64,000 nt of DNA from positions 451,274-515,273 of the forward strand of contig CAWAKJ010000002.1 of the NCBI GenBank assembly GCA_963782595.1, read 5' to 3'. The stretch comes from Vicinamibacterales bacterium. GTDB lineage: Bacteria; Acidobacteriota; Vicinamibacteria; Vicinamibacterales; JAMQPK01. Positions within the stretch are counted from its first letter, which is position 1. Each line of letters opens with the position of its first letter. The notes under the pieces were generated by a model. That model saw nothing but the letters and a program-made list of their open reading frames with translations. It had not been told where the DNA came from and did no database searches. Below are positions 49,140 to 58,393 of the stretch, in pieces. The translations under genes and the position numbers were made by a program.

Positions 49140-52100
49140 CTATTGCGCTGTCACCGACACATCGTCGATAAGAATCGTCGTGCGCTCGGAGCTGCTGTTC
49201 TTCCTGTTGTTGTAGCCTCCGAGAATCACCGTGTGCGTCCCCGCCGGCAGCGTGCCGAGCGATTGCTGGAACAACCGCCAGCCGGTTCCGATCGGGCTTC
49301 CGCCGTTGCCGTTGCCGGTCACTTGCGCGATGTAGTCGGCAGGAGGCACCCCTTTGAGCACGCCGTCGATGCTGGCCAGCACCTGGCTGAATTCATCGCT
49401 CTCGTACTCGGAGCCCTGATCGAGGTTGTAGCGGAACGACAGTACAACCGTTCTCGGCGTGCTCAGCGTGAACGTACGACGGTACCCGCCTGACATGCCG
49501 TTGATCGTGTTGCTGTTTTCGCCACCCAATCGAACGCGTAACGCACCACCGGTGAACCCGCCCGACGAGACACGTGAGCCGCTCGCATAACTCGATTGGG
49601 TGGCGCCTCTGAACGTGTTGTCAACGTACGTGAAACTGTCCGACCCGGAATTGAAATTCGCCGTGAAGAGCGTGACCGGTGGAGGAGGTGGTGCGGGCTG
49701 TACGGTGATGGAGACCACTGTTGGGCCCGAGGTAGCCGTTCCGTCGCTCGCGCGATAGGTGAACGAGTCCGGGCCCGAATAGCCGGCCGTCGGCGTATAA
49801 CTGAACGAACCGTTCGTTGCGAGCGACAGGGTGCCGTGAGCGGGACCGGTCACCACGCCGGCGGTCAACGATGTGCTGTCGATATCGCTGTCGTTGCCGA
49901 GCACTCCCGGGAGACTGACCGAAAGCGTGCTCCCGCCCTGCACCGAGTAGGATTCGGTCACAGCAGCAGGTGGATCGTTCACCGGCTGCACGGCGACAGA
50001 CACCGTCGCCGTATTACTCGTGGTCTCGCCGTCGCTCGCGCGGAAGGTGAAGCTGTCCGCGCCGCTGTAATTGGCGGCGGGTTGATAGACCACTGCCGGA
50101 GGCGTGCCGCTCACAGTGCCATTCGCGGGTCCATTGACGATCGAGTACGTCAACACGTCGCCGTCAGGATCGGATGCACCGAGCGTGATGCCCATCGTTC
50201 CGTCTTCGGAGAGGCCGTGCGACTGGCTGACGGCCACGGGAGGCCGATTGATGGTGCCATCGTGCGCCGTTGTGAACGCCCAGACGGGGCTGGTCCGGAT
50301 CTTCCCGCTGGCGTTGGTCACCGTCACACGCCATTCGTACTTTGTGTCGGGCGCCAGCGTCGGGTTGACGACGGCGGTCGAATGGTTTTCCGCCGTCATG
50401 TTGCCCGCGCTGTCGAAGGCGCCTGCCATGGGAAAGTCGAGTGCGAACTCGCTGTTGGCGTCGGTTTCGAAGCGATTCAACCACGGCGAGTATGTCTGCA
50501 CGTACACCTTGTCATCGCCGGGAACGAATCGCAGAATCCGCAGCCAGCCGTCGCCTCCGTTCACACGCCCCTGATAGTCGGCCAGCATCTGATACACCGG
50601 GTGGCCATTGGCCACGTCGCTGCGGCGCGACTCGTCGTGCACGTGCCCGCTCAACATGAAATGCAGATTCGGATTGGGCACGGCCAGTCCGTCCCACAGG
50701 TACTGCGTGTTCAGGCAGCCATGTGTCGCGCGCTGCGCAGCTTCGTTCAGATAGGCATGCGTTGTCATGAAGCCGATGCGATTCGGATAGCTCTTGTAAA
50801 TCGAATCCGCCCATGCGACGGCTCCTGCGGGCGGGCAGTACTCGAGGTGAACGAAGACGAAGTCCATCCCGCTCGCGGATATCAACTGGTAGTTGTTGTC
50901 GTTCAGGCTCTGATAGTGGCCGCCGTACCAAGGCTCGCTCTGATAGCGCGTATACGGAAAGTTCTGGTTGTACATCGTCGTCGGCAGATCGTGATTGCCC
51001 GGTCCCATCCCGTAGGGCACGACGCCATCGAGCATGCTGAGGTTCTGGTTTGCGCGTTCCCACTGGATCGCCGTGTTCTGATTGACGATGTCTCCTTCAT
51101 GGGTGACGAAGACGATGTTGCGTTCTTCCTTCTTGTCGATGATCCACTGCATTTGCGACGTGAAGATCGCCGGATACGACTCCGCATAGAACTGGGTATC
51201 GGGCACCGCGATGATGGTGAACTCCTGCGGTGCCGCCCGCCGCAGTTCGAAACTGACGTTGAGGGGGCCGGGGCCCGGATCGCTTACCGTGGCTGACAGC
51301 GTCGCCGATGTGCTGACGTTATTGGCTTCGTCAACCGGCAACAGGAGGACAGGTTCGTCGGGAGCGTTCCCATCGGCCGTCAGCTCAAAATCGACAGATG
51401 CCCAGCCCTGCTGGCCGATCACGTCCACGACTCGTACGTTCCAGAAGTACGTCTGTCCAGGAACCACATCGGTCGAAAAGCTGACGTCGGCGGTAGCGCC
51501 TGCGAGCGCTTGCGTGGCAATCGGCGTCTGGCCCGGTTTGAACCCAACGGTCAGGACGGGCGAAGTTGTCGATTCGCTGCTGGCAAAGTCGACACCGTCT
51601 GCCCCGGAGTCGATGAGCACGACACCGTAGTTCTGAGCGCCGTTGGCCCACTCCTGCACGAACTGCGTCACGTCGAACAGGCGGAGACCCGTGGTCGTGC
51701 AGTCGCCGGTCAAGCCGACACCGGCGTTCGAATTCGCTCCGTCTGCGCCTGCCGACCCCCACGCGAGACCCGTCGCGCGCTGGTTCCATGTCGCCTCGTC
51801 TTCCACCCAGTCCTGGGTCAGGCGGTAGAGACGTAGCGTGTTACCGAAGTTCGTGCAGTTCACCTGCAGCACCGCCGAAGTGATGACGGCACCAGGTGGC
51901 ACGCGTCCGGCCCCGCTCCCGACGAGCGTGGGGAACTTCACCAGACCGTGCGCGTGCGGCGTCAGGCCGTCGACTTTCAGAGAGGTGCTGTTCCCGTTGG
52001 CCGTCGCCGGCGAGTCCGCGGAAATCGTTGCGTCCTGAATCTGAGATGGCCCGCTGAACACCGCCGTTTCTGGTGGCCCACCGATATACAGGGTCGCGCT

Positions 52101-52793
52101 GAATAGGCCCGCTGGTGCCGAGACCGATGCCGTAAACGTGACCGCCGATGTATTGATGAGGCTGGAGTGCGCCGGTGAGATGAGCGTGACGCTTGGCACC
52201 GGCGGCCGATTTTCTGTCGCGCGCAGCTCGAGGTCGAAGCTCACATCCGTGCTCGTCCCCGATTGCTGATGAATCTCGACTGCGAGCACATTATCTCCAG
52301 CCACGAGCAGCGAGGGATCGATCGGCGTCTCGAGCCAGGCACTTTCGTCGGCGCCTCCGATGGCCACCGGCGCCAGCGTCGTGTAGCTCACCGAACCGGC
52401 AGGCATGTTGGATCGTGCGACCTCGATGCCGTTGAGATAGATCACCGCGCCGTCATCGCGCACGTAGCGCGCGCTCAATGCGTTGAAGGCCGATGGATTC
52501 GAGACGCTGAAATGGCGCCGGAAGTAGTAGGTGATGCGCCGGCTGGTCGTGCTGCTTCCGTACGAAATGACAGTGGACTCGTCACCATCGCCGTAACCGA
52601 GCTGGGCGGCGCCGGTTGGCCAGCTGCTGTCGTTGTACGCAGACGCGCTCCACAGCGCGCCGAGATTTGCGCCGCTGTCGTTGTATTTCCACGTCGAACC
52701 TGGAGCGATCAACGTCTGGTCGGCCGTTCGTGTCGGTGCCGAGGACAGAAGCAGCAATGCGACAACACCGACGGAGAGCTTCCAGCGCGACAT
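49140..52793 (-). CDS. Large secreted multidomain calcineurin-like metallophosphoesterase (lectin-like N-domain, DNRLRE-like domain, FN3/Ig-like, two cadherin-like repeats, C-terminal beta-sandwich)
   Basis: 1217 aa intact. It has a signal peptide and an N-domain LGYGDGDESTVISYG...ITYYFRRHF...VRDDGAVIYLNGIEVARSNMP. A DNRLRE-like segment follows (LKVDG...HGLVKF...AVLQVNCTNFGNTLRLYRLTQDWVEDEATWN). Phosphoesterase motifs are HEGDIVNQ, GPGNHD and LSGHVHD. Tandem VNDPP...DSFTYRASDG repeats are also present. Confidence 0.8.
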   Translation of the reverse strand: MSRWKLSVGVVALLLLSSAPTRTADQTLIAPGSTWKYNDSGANLGALWSASAYNDSSWPTGAAQLGYGDGDESTVISYGSSTTSRRITYYFRRHFSVSNPSAFNALSARYVRDDGAVIYLNGIEVARSNMPAGSVSYTTLAPVAIGGADESAWLETPIDPSLLVAGDNVLAVEIHQQSGTSTDVSFDLELRATENRPPVPSVTLISPAHSSLINTSAVTFTASVSAPAGLFSATLYIGGPPETAVFSGPSQIQDATISADSPATANGNSTSLKVDGLTPHAHGLVKFPTLVGSGAGRVPPGAVITSAVLQVNCTNFGNTLRLYRLTQDWVEDEATWNQRATGLAWGSAGADGANSNAGVGLTGDCTTTGLRLFDVTQFVQEWANGAQNYGVVLIDSGADGVDFASSESTTSPVLTVGFKPGQTPIATQALAGATADVSFSTDVVPGQTYFWNVRVVDVIGQQGWASVDFELTADGNAPDEPVLLLPVDEANNVSTSATLSATVSDPGPGPLNVSFELRRAAPQEFTIIAVPDTQFYAESYPAIFTSQMQWIIDKKEERNIVFVTHEGDIVNQNTAIQWERANQNLSMLDGVVPYGMGPGNHDLPTTMYNQNFPYTRYQSEPWYGGHYQSLNDNNYQLISASGMDFVFVHLEYCPPAGAVAWADSIYKSYPNRIGFMTTHAYLNEAAQRATHGCLNTQYLWDGLAVPNPNLHFMLSGHVHDESRRSDVANGHPVYQMLADYQGRVNGGDGWLRILRFVPGDDKVYVQTYSPWLNRFETDANSEFALDFPMAGAFDSAGNMTAENHSTAVVNPTLAPDTKYEWRVTVTNASGKIRTSPVWAFTTAHDGTINRPPVAVSQSHGLSEDGTMGITLGASDPDGDVLTYSIVNGPANGTVSGTPPAVVYQPAANYSGADSFTFRASDGETTSNTATVSVAVQPVNDPPAAVTESYSVQGGSTLSVSLPGVLGNDSDIDSTSLTAGVVTGPAHGTLSLATNGSFSYTPTAGYSGPDSFTYRASDGTATSGPTVVSITVQPAPPPPPVTLFTANFNSGSDSFTYVDNTFRGATQSSYASGSRVSSGGFTGGALRVRLGGENSNTINGMSGGYRRTFTLSTPRTVVLSFRYNLDQGSEYESDEFSQVLASIDGVLKGVPPADYIAQVTGNGNGGSPIGTGWRLFQQSLGTLPAGTHTVILGGYNNRKNSSSERTTILIDDVSVTAQ

Positions 52794-52856
52794 GGCGACG
52801 CTACTTCAACACGCGGATCGTGTGAAGTCAATGACGTCCTGGAGCAGAAGAGGAAG

Positions 52857-53291
52857 TCATCCCACAGGCAGACTTGTCGTCCTGCGGACCGTCGTGGAAT
52901 CGACGGTGGCATGGCGAGTCGCGACGAGATAGGCAACGAACAGCGCGACCCACACGGCGTCCACGACGATCGCGATGCCCGCCTGGTAGCCGAGAAAGCG
53001 CTGCCCCTGCGAGATCACCAGAACCACGAAGATCGCCTTGCTCGTCGCGGCGACCACGAGCGTCATCGACCTGACAGCAGGATTGAATGCGCCGTAGATG
53101 AGCATCGCTCCGATCAATCCGATGAGTGCGCCCCAGTTCCGCACGACCACAGACGCCACCGGACCACTCAGCGTTTCCCCGAACGTGGACTGAAGCGCCG
53201 CCTCAGGTGCGAAGAACGCATAGATCATCGTGAGGGTCAGTACTCCGGACACGATCATCAGTCGATGGATGTTAGCGACGATCCAGGACAT
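52857..53291 (-). CDS. Small 4-TM membrane protein, unknown function
   Basis: 144 aa from ATG 53291 (MSWIVANIHRLMIVSGVLTLTMIYAFF...) with four hydrophobic helices. The supplied start at 53486 adds 65 Arg-rich residues that I regard as artefact. Confidence 0.5.
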   Translation of the reverse strand: MSWIVANIHRLMIVSGVLTLTMIYAFFAPEAALQSTFGETLSGPVASVVVRNWGALIGLIGAMLIYGAFNPAVRSMTLVVAATSKAIFVVLVISQGQRFLGYQAGIAIVVDAVWVALFVAYLVATRHATVDSTTVRRTTSLPVG

Positions 53292-53433
53292 AACGCCTCC
53301 GCACAGCGATGGATTGACGCGAAAGAAGGCGTGAGCATACCACCGGTCGGTGGGACGCCGTGGCCGTCCTCGAGAGTCCAAGAAAAAAATTGGCCGCCAA
53401 TCACCCGCCGCCTGTGGTGATAAGGTACGCACC

Positions 53434-54303
53434 GTGCGTTGGTTGGCCGACTTCCTCAAGGCAGAACAGGCGCTCGTGCGCAGCATCGAGGGTTTGCTGA
53501 CCTCCGCCGAACGAACGCCAACCCCTGGACCGCTGCGCGAAGCCCTGGAAAAAGGCTATTTGCGCGGGCGGCACACCCTCCTATATGGGGCCCTCAGGCA
53601 CGGCGCCATGAGAGTGAAAAGCCCGTGGAAAATGGCGCTGGCCCTCGTCCTCGAACGGGGCGATACCTTCGTCGATGTCGGAGCCAACGTCGGGCGAGTC
53701 TCGCAAGCTGCGGCCTGGATCGTTGGGCCAAATGGGCGGGTGCACAGCTTCGAGCCGTCGCCGACCATCGCGGCGTGCCTGCGGCGGCGCATCGATCTGC
53801 TCGGCCTTGCCAACGTCACGATTCACGTGCGCGCCGCTGGCAGGTCTGAAGGATCTGCGGTTCTTCACGAGTACGCTTCGGGCCTCGGCGGTGCCTCGTC
53901 CCTGCGCAGTGGTTCCCTTTCGGGCGCGACACACGACGGAGAGACGCGTGTCGATGTTTGCCCGCTCGATAAATGCCTCAACCTCGATCGACTCAAGCTG
54001 CTCAAAATTGATGTTGAAGGCTCCGAACTCGACGTCCTCGCCGGCGCGGAGGCTCTCCTCCTCAGGCATCGGCCCGTTCTCTTCGTCGAAGCGAGCAGGC
54101 AAACTCTCGCAGCGTTCGGGCACACGCTGGACGAGCTCATCGAGACTCTTTCGACGCTCGGCTACGAGCTCTATTCGTGGCGCAAGAGCAAGCTCGTCCG
54201 GGTCACGCGAGCCGAGGACATTCCAGAAGAATGGCACCACGACGACCTCTTTGGCTTTCTTCCCGGACGACACGATCCCATCCGGAGGCAGTTTCCCTCG
54301 TAG
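53434..54303 (+). CDS. FkbM-family SAM-dependent methyltransferase
   Basis: FVDVGANVGRVSQAAAWIVGPNGRVHSFEPSP...LLKIDVEGSELDVLAGA is the FkbM signature. The start is uncertain, with GTG 53434 or ATG 53350 both in frame. Confidence 0.75.
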   Translation: MRWLADFLKAEQALVRSIEGLLTSAERTPTPGPLREALEKGYLRGRHTLLYGALRHGAMRVKSPWKMALALVLERGDTFVDVGANVGRVSQAAAWIVGPNGRVHSFEPSPTIAACLRRRIDLLGLANVTIHVRAAGRSEGSAVLHEYASGLGGASSLRSGSLSGATHDGETRVDVCPLDKCLNLDRLKLLKIDVEGSELDVLAGAEALLLRHRPVLFVEASRQTLAAFGHTLDELIETLSTLGYELYSWRKSKLVRVTRAEDIPEEWHHDDLFGFLPGRHDPIRRQFPS

Positions 54304-54360
54304 CCGGCCACTCAAAAAAAGGCCGGCGACGACCTTATCCAACGCGAGAAAGGTACCACC

Positions 54361-55500
54361 ATGCCGAAGACACATCACGTCAGCTCCATCGCCGCGTTGA
54401 GCCTTGTCGCCGTCCTCGCCGCCGCGATCAACCCATCCGCGCAAAGCGGGTTGCCGAATCCATATCGTCCTGTGAGGGGACTGGCCGATGGCGGTGGCCC
54501 GATGGTGCCCGGCGGCGACTGGGCGAGGCTGCCCGGCGGACGCGAGATGGGACCGCCGGCGTCGATGCACGTGGACATCGACGGGGAAAGCATCTGGGCG
54601 TTCATCAGATGCGATGAAACCAATCCGGTGACCGTCGCCAACGGCGGGCGCTTCGGGATCGACTGCCTCGATCCGAACGGCCGCATCAAGAACATCGACA
54701 CGATCTACAAATTCGATGCGAAGGGTAACGTCGTCAAGAGCTTCGGTGCCGGCATGTTCATCTGGCCGCACGGCCTGCACGTCGATCGCGAAGGCAACGT
54801 GTGGGCGACCGATGCGGCGGGCCAGGAGGCGGTCGCCATGGCCGCAAAGGCGGGCGGAAAGTTCGGCCATCAGGTCGTGAAGTTCAGTCCAGAGGGCAAG
54901 GTGCTGATGACGCTCGGAGAGGCCGGAGTGCCCGGCAGCGACGAACGCCACTTCATGTCGCCGAGCTCTGTCGCCATAGCGGCCAATGGAGACATCTTTG
55001 TCGGCGATGGCCACGGCGTGAACGAGAACAACCGCGTCATGAAGTTCTCGAAGGACGGCAGGTTCATCAAAGCGTGGGGCAAGACAGGCTACGCGCCCGG
55101 TGAATTTCGGACGCTGCATGGCATCGCGATCGATTCACGCGGCCGCGTGTTTGTCGCCGACCGCGGCAATAACCGCATCCAGATTTTCGATCAGGAAGGA
55201 AAGCACCTGTCCACGTGGCTGCAGTTCGGCACGCCGAGCGGGATCGCTTTTGACGACAAGGATCAGATCTACGTCGCCGACTCAGAGTCAGACAACGTGA
55301 CGAATCCAGGGTGGGAGCAGGGGATTCGCATCGGGGATGCGAAGACCGGCTGGGTGACCGCGTTCATCCTCGACAACGGGGGGGATCCGCGAACGCTGAC
55401 GGGCAGCGGCCCTGAGTTCGTGACCGTCGACAAGCACGGCAATGTGTTTGGCGGGGAGCCGAGGCCGAGAGTGCTGAGGAAGTATGTGAAGGTTCGGTAG
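54361..55500 (+). CDS. Secreted NHL-repeat beta-propeller, amidating-lyase-like (paralogue of 18635..20092)
   Basis: 379 aa with a signal peptide (ALSLVAVLAAAINPSAQ). The blades include GNVWATDAAG, GDIFVGDGHGVNENNRVMKFSKDGRFIKAWG, GRVFVADRGNNRIQIFDQEGKHL and QIYVADSESDN. Confidence 0.75.
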   Translation: MPKTHHVSSIAALSLVAVLAAAINPSAQSGLPNPYRPVRGLADGGGPMVPGGDWARLPGGREMGPPASMHVDIDGESIWAFIRCDETNPVTVANGGRFGIDCLDPNGRIKNIDTIYKFDAKGNVVKSFGAGMFIWPHGLHVDREGNVWATDAAGQEAVAMAAKAGGKFGHQVVKFSPEGKVLMTLGEAGVPGSDERHFMSPSSVAIAANGDIFVGDGHGVNENNRVMKFSKDGRFIKAWGKTGYAPGEFRTLHGIAIDSRGRVFVADRGNNRIQIFDQEGKHLSTWLQFGTPSGIAFDDKDQIYVADSESDNVTNPGWEQGIRIGDAKTGWVTAFILDNGGDPRTLTGSGPEFVTVDKHGNVFGGEPRPRVLRKYVKVR

Positions 55501-55517
55501 ACTTACCAGCGTGCTCA

Positions 55518-56823
55518 TCAAGCGACGGATGCGGGTGCCGCTCTCGACGCGGCAGTCCGAGTCGCATCGCGAATGCCCAGCGCTGCCAGAAGCTGCGGTT
55601 CGACCAGTGGCACGGCCCGTAGAACCTCGTTACGCACCGCGCCGACGACGTCAGGCGAGTTGATGAGACCGCAGACATGTTCCAGGCGACGCACTCTCCA
55701 GTACCGCTGACGTAATTCCTGCAGGTGAACGAAGAAGTCCAGAGCGTCGTTCATCGCGGAGAACACCCATCGTTTGTCCCGCCAACCGAATCGGGGCCCT
55801 GCGCTCACGTCCCACGTTTGTAGTGGTGCAACGTCCCCCACGCAGACGGCCGGCGTGCCGACTCGCCACGCGTTGACGGCCACGTGATAGGTGTCGGTCA
55901 CGACCGCACGGAAAGTGGGGAGTAGACCGAGGATGTCACCCAGGAAGGGGGTTTGAAGCTCGTCGATGTTCCGAATGTTCACCCCTCCCATTCTCCATAG
56001 CGCACGTTGCCAGGCGACTCTTTTCGAAGTAACGCGCCACGGCAGCCACACGGCCGTGCTGTCGAGGCGGCGGGCGACATCAGCGGCAAACGTCGCGATC
56101 GCTCTTTCGCTGCCGCTCGTGCGACCGATCCAGACGCCAACCGCGCCTTGCGCCTTTCCGTTTTCGGTCGTCCGGCGCCGGGTCAAATGATCCAGGTCAT
56201 GCGGACCCAGAAGCAGGGAGCAATCGAACCCGAGACATGTGTCGACACGGGAATCCCGCGCGCGCGCGGCGCGCTCTGCCGAGAACACGTCCCGCATCCA
56301 GACCGCACGGGTCTCCCGGAGGAAACGGTCGAGCGTCGGACCATAGCCAGCGTCTGCGTAGTCGGCCAGAGTATTGAAGAGCAGGTTTCCGCCGAAGCTG
56401 ACCGTCCGCTCCGGCACGTCCTTGGGCGCGCCTTCCAGGTACTAGCCACCGGCGCGCCTGCTCCAGCCCCTCGTTCAAAGACTTTGCCAGACCAAGTTGG
56501 ACCTGGCGGCGTGCCACCTCCATGTGGTAATGCGCCATGTGCAGGAAGTCACCCCAGTACACCACGACATCGCTGTCCAGAACCTCATCCCAGCGGTCAC
56601 GCAGACAGTGGTATTCGATGGCACTGTCCTGACGGTCTGTGAGCGACTGCCTTTCGCGGGAGTTGCGCGCGTGCTGGATTTCCTCGGGCATGTGAACCAG
56701 CCAATAGCGAACCCGATCTGCCACTCCGGCGCGGCGGGCCAATGCAGCAAACGCCAAGTCGACCGTCGACATACCCGGATTGGGCATTGGCTGGCTCGCG
56801 CATATGACGCTGATCGTACCCAT
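55518..56823 (-). pseudogene. Polysaccharide pyruvyl-transferase-like protein, one frame break
   Basis: The N-terminal part MGTISVICASQPMPNPGMSTVDLAF...VVVYWGDFLHMAHYH...LEQARRWLV is in ORF 56197..56823. It continues LEGAPKDVPERTVSFGGNLLFNT...VTDTYHVAVNAWRVGTPAVCVG in ORF 55518..56417. The break is at ~56438-56442 (GTA-C-CTGGAAGGC, extra C). Family assignment has moderate confidence. Confidence 0.6.
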
Positions 56824-57056
56824 TTTTGGCTCTGCAGGACGTTGGCCGGACGGCGACCCGGCTGATCAGACGAGGAAAGATTCGTGTCGAGGTCTCTCTT
56901 GTAATTTGTCGGTCGTTTTTCGCCTGGGCAGTAGTCTTCAGTCCTTGGCACAGCCAAATCCTGGCAGAGTGAGACAGAGAGGAATGTCCCAGTCGTTTTA
57001 GCGCTTCGGATGATTGTAGGCTGCCTGGATCCCCCCTACTGTGACGTTAGGCTCCC

Positions 57057-58385
57057 TTGCGCCGAGTACTAGCCTGCCTTGGCCTTGTCCTGATATTCCT
57101 GCTCGCCGCGACCATCCTGGCGCAGGAGTCCTGGCGTCCGCCTGCCCTTCCCGGAGGCCAGGCGTTTGTCACCGACAATTCAGCTGACTTTCTGAAATCC
57201 ACCGGTACTCTGACGAGCGGCGTCACGATTGCGACCACGCCGCCGACGATCGATTTTCTCTACTATCCAGAACAGAACTATCCCGGCAACCCATGGTCTG
57301 TCTGGGGTGACGGTGTGGCGGTGGCCGGCAAATACTATTCGGCGATCGGTGACCACCGCGCCCCTGCGGGCAGCGCCTTCGTTTTCGAGTACGACGCCGC
57401 GACCCGAGCGTTTCGCACGCTTGTGGATGTCAGGGAATTCCTGAACCTGCCAGACGGACATTACTCGCCCGGCAAGATCCACAGCCGGATCGATCTTGGA
57501 AGCGACGGCTGGTTGTACTTTGCCACTCACCGCGGGTCGACGCGTGTCACGACCGATCGCTATCACTTCATTGGCGACTGGATTCTTCGCACGCATCCTG
57601 GAACCGGAAAGACCGAAGTCGTTGTGCATGCACCAATCGCGAAGCACTCCATTCCCACAGGGGGGATCGACCCCGATCGGCTGATCTTCTACGGCGGCAC
57701 GATCGCCGGTGACCCGGCCGACAACTCCATTTCGTTCTTTGCCTACGACGCGAGATCTCGCAAGCTGCGGCATTCCGCGCCGAAGGGGCCGTATCGCTAT
57801 GTGATTCTTGCGAAGTCCACCGGTCGCGCGTACTACGTTAACGAGGATGGTGGCCAGCTGATGCGGTATGACCCCGCAGACGACAATCCGCCGGTGCCGA
57901 TTCCTGGAAGCATCGGGATTCGCGCAGCGACGCGCGAGACACCGGATGGTTATGTGTACACCGTCTCGTCGAGCGGCGACGGCAGGTTGTGGCGGTTCAA
58001 CACGCGAACGGAACACATCGAGGAGATTGGGAAGGCTGCCGTGGCCAGCCAGGATTACATTACGTCGATCGACGCCGACTCGACCGGCCGCTACCTTTAC
58101 TACGTGCCGGGGGCGCACGGCAGCAGCCAAAAGGACGGGTCACCGGTCGTGCAGTTCGACGTCAAGACGCGGACGAAGAAGGTCATCGCGTTTCTGCATC
58201 CGTTCTATCGCGACAAGTACGGGTACACACCTCTTGGAACCTACAGTTCGGCGGTGTCGCCCGAAGGCGACAAACTCTACGTCACTTGGAACGGCAATCG
58301 ATCCGGTCCGGTGAGGGGACGTCTGGCCTGGGATGGCGTTGCATTGACGGTGGTTCACATACCCAAGTCCGAACGACAGCCGTAG
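57057..58385 (+). CDS. Secreted hypothetical protein, beta-propeller-like
   Basis: 442 aa from a TTG start with a signal peptide (VLACLGLVLIFLLAATILAQE). Repetitive strand-rich segments include GWLYFATHRGS, LIFYGGTIAGD, RAYYVNEDGGQLMRYD, GYVYTVSSSGDGRLWRFN, RYLYYVPGAHG and KLYVTWNGN. I recognised no family. Confidence 0.5.
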   Translation: MRRVLACLGLVLIFLLAATILAQESWRPPALPGGQAFVTDNSADFLKSTGTLTSGVTIATTPPTIDFLYYPEQNYPGNPWSVWGDGVAVAGKYYSAIGDHRAPAGSAFVFEYDAATRAFRTLVDVREFLNLPDGHYSPGKIHSRIDLGSDGWLYFATHRGSTRVTTDRYHFIGDWILRTHPGTGKTEVVVHAPIAKHSIPTGGIDPDRLIFYGGTIAGDPADNSISFFAYDARSRKLRHSAPKGPYRYVILAKSTGRAYYVNEDGGQLMRYDPADDNPPVPIPGSIGIRAATRETPDGYVYTVSSSGDGRLWRFNTRTEHIEEIGKAAVASQDYITSIDADSTGRYLYYVPGAHGSSQKDGSPVVQFDVKTRTKKVIAFLHPFYRDKYGYTPLGTYSSAVSPEGDKLYVTWNGNRSGPVRGRLAWDGVALTVVHIPKSERQP

Positions 58386-58393
58386 AGATCCAC

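Noticed and set aside
54303-54327. GCCGGCC...GGCCGGC 7-bp stem with an A7-containing loop after the FkbM gene
   Set aside because: The stem is short, the A/T run is in the loop rather than trailing the stem, and no U-tract follows on either strand. It is weak as an intrinsic terminator.
56946-56962. TGGCAC motif in the divergent region upstream of 57057, resembling a sigma-54 -24 element
   Set aside because: The sequence at the expected -12 position (TGGCACAGCCAAATCC) lacks the TTGC/TGC element, so it does not meet the GG-N10-GC consensus.
57989-58393. 5' extensions of supplied ORFs that overlap the preceding gene (57989..60028, also 38226..39416, 27056..28570, 7482..10595, 15231..16316, 16403..17470, 28533..29498)
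   Set aside because: The extensions translate to Arg/Pro-rich sequence in a different frame from a well-supported upstream gene. Internal ATGs give proper signal peptides or family-typical N-termini, so starts were moved downstream.
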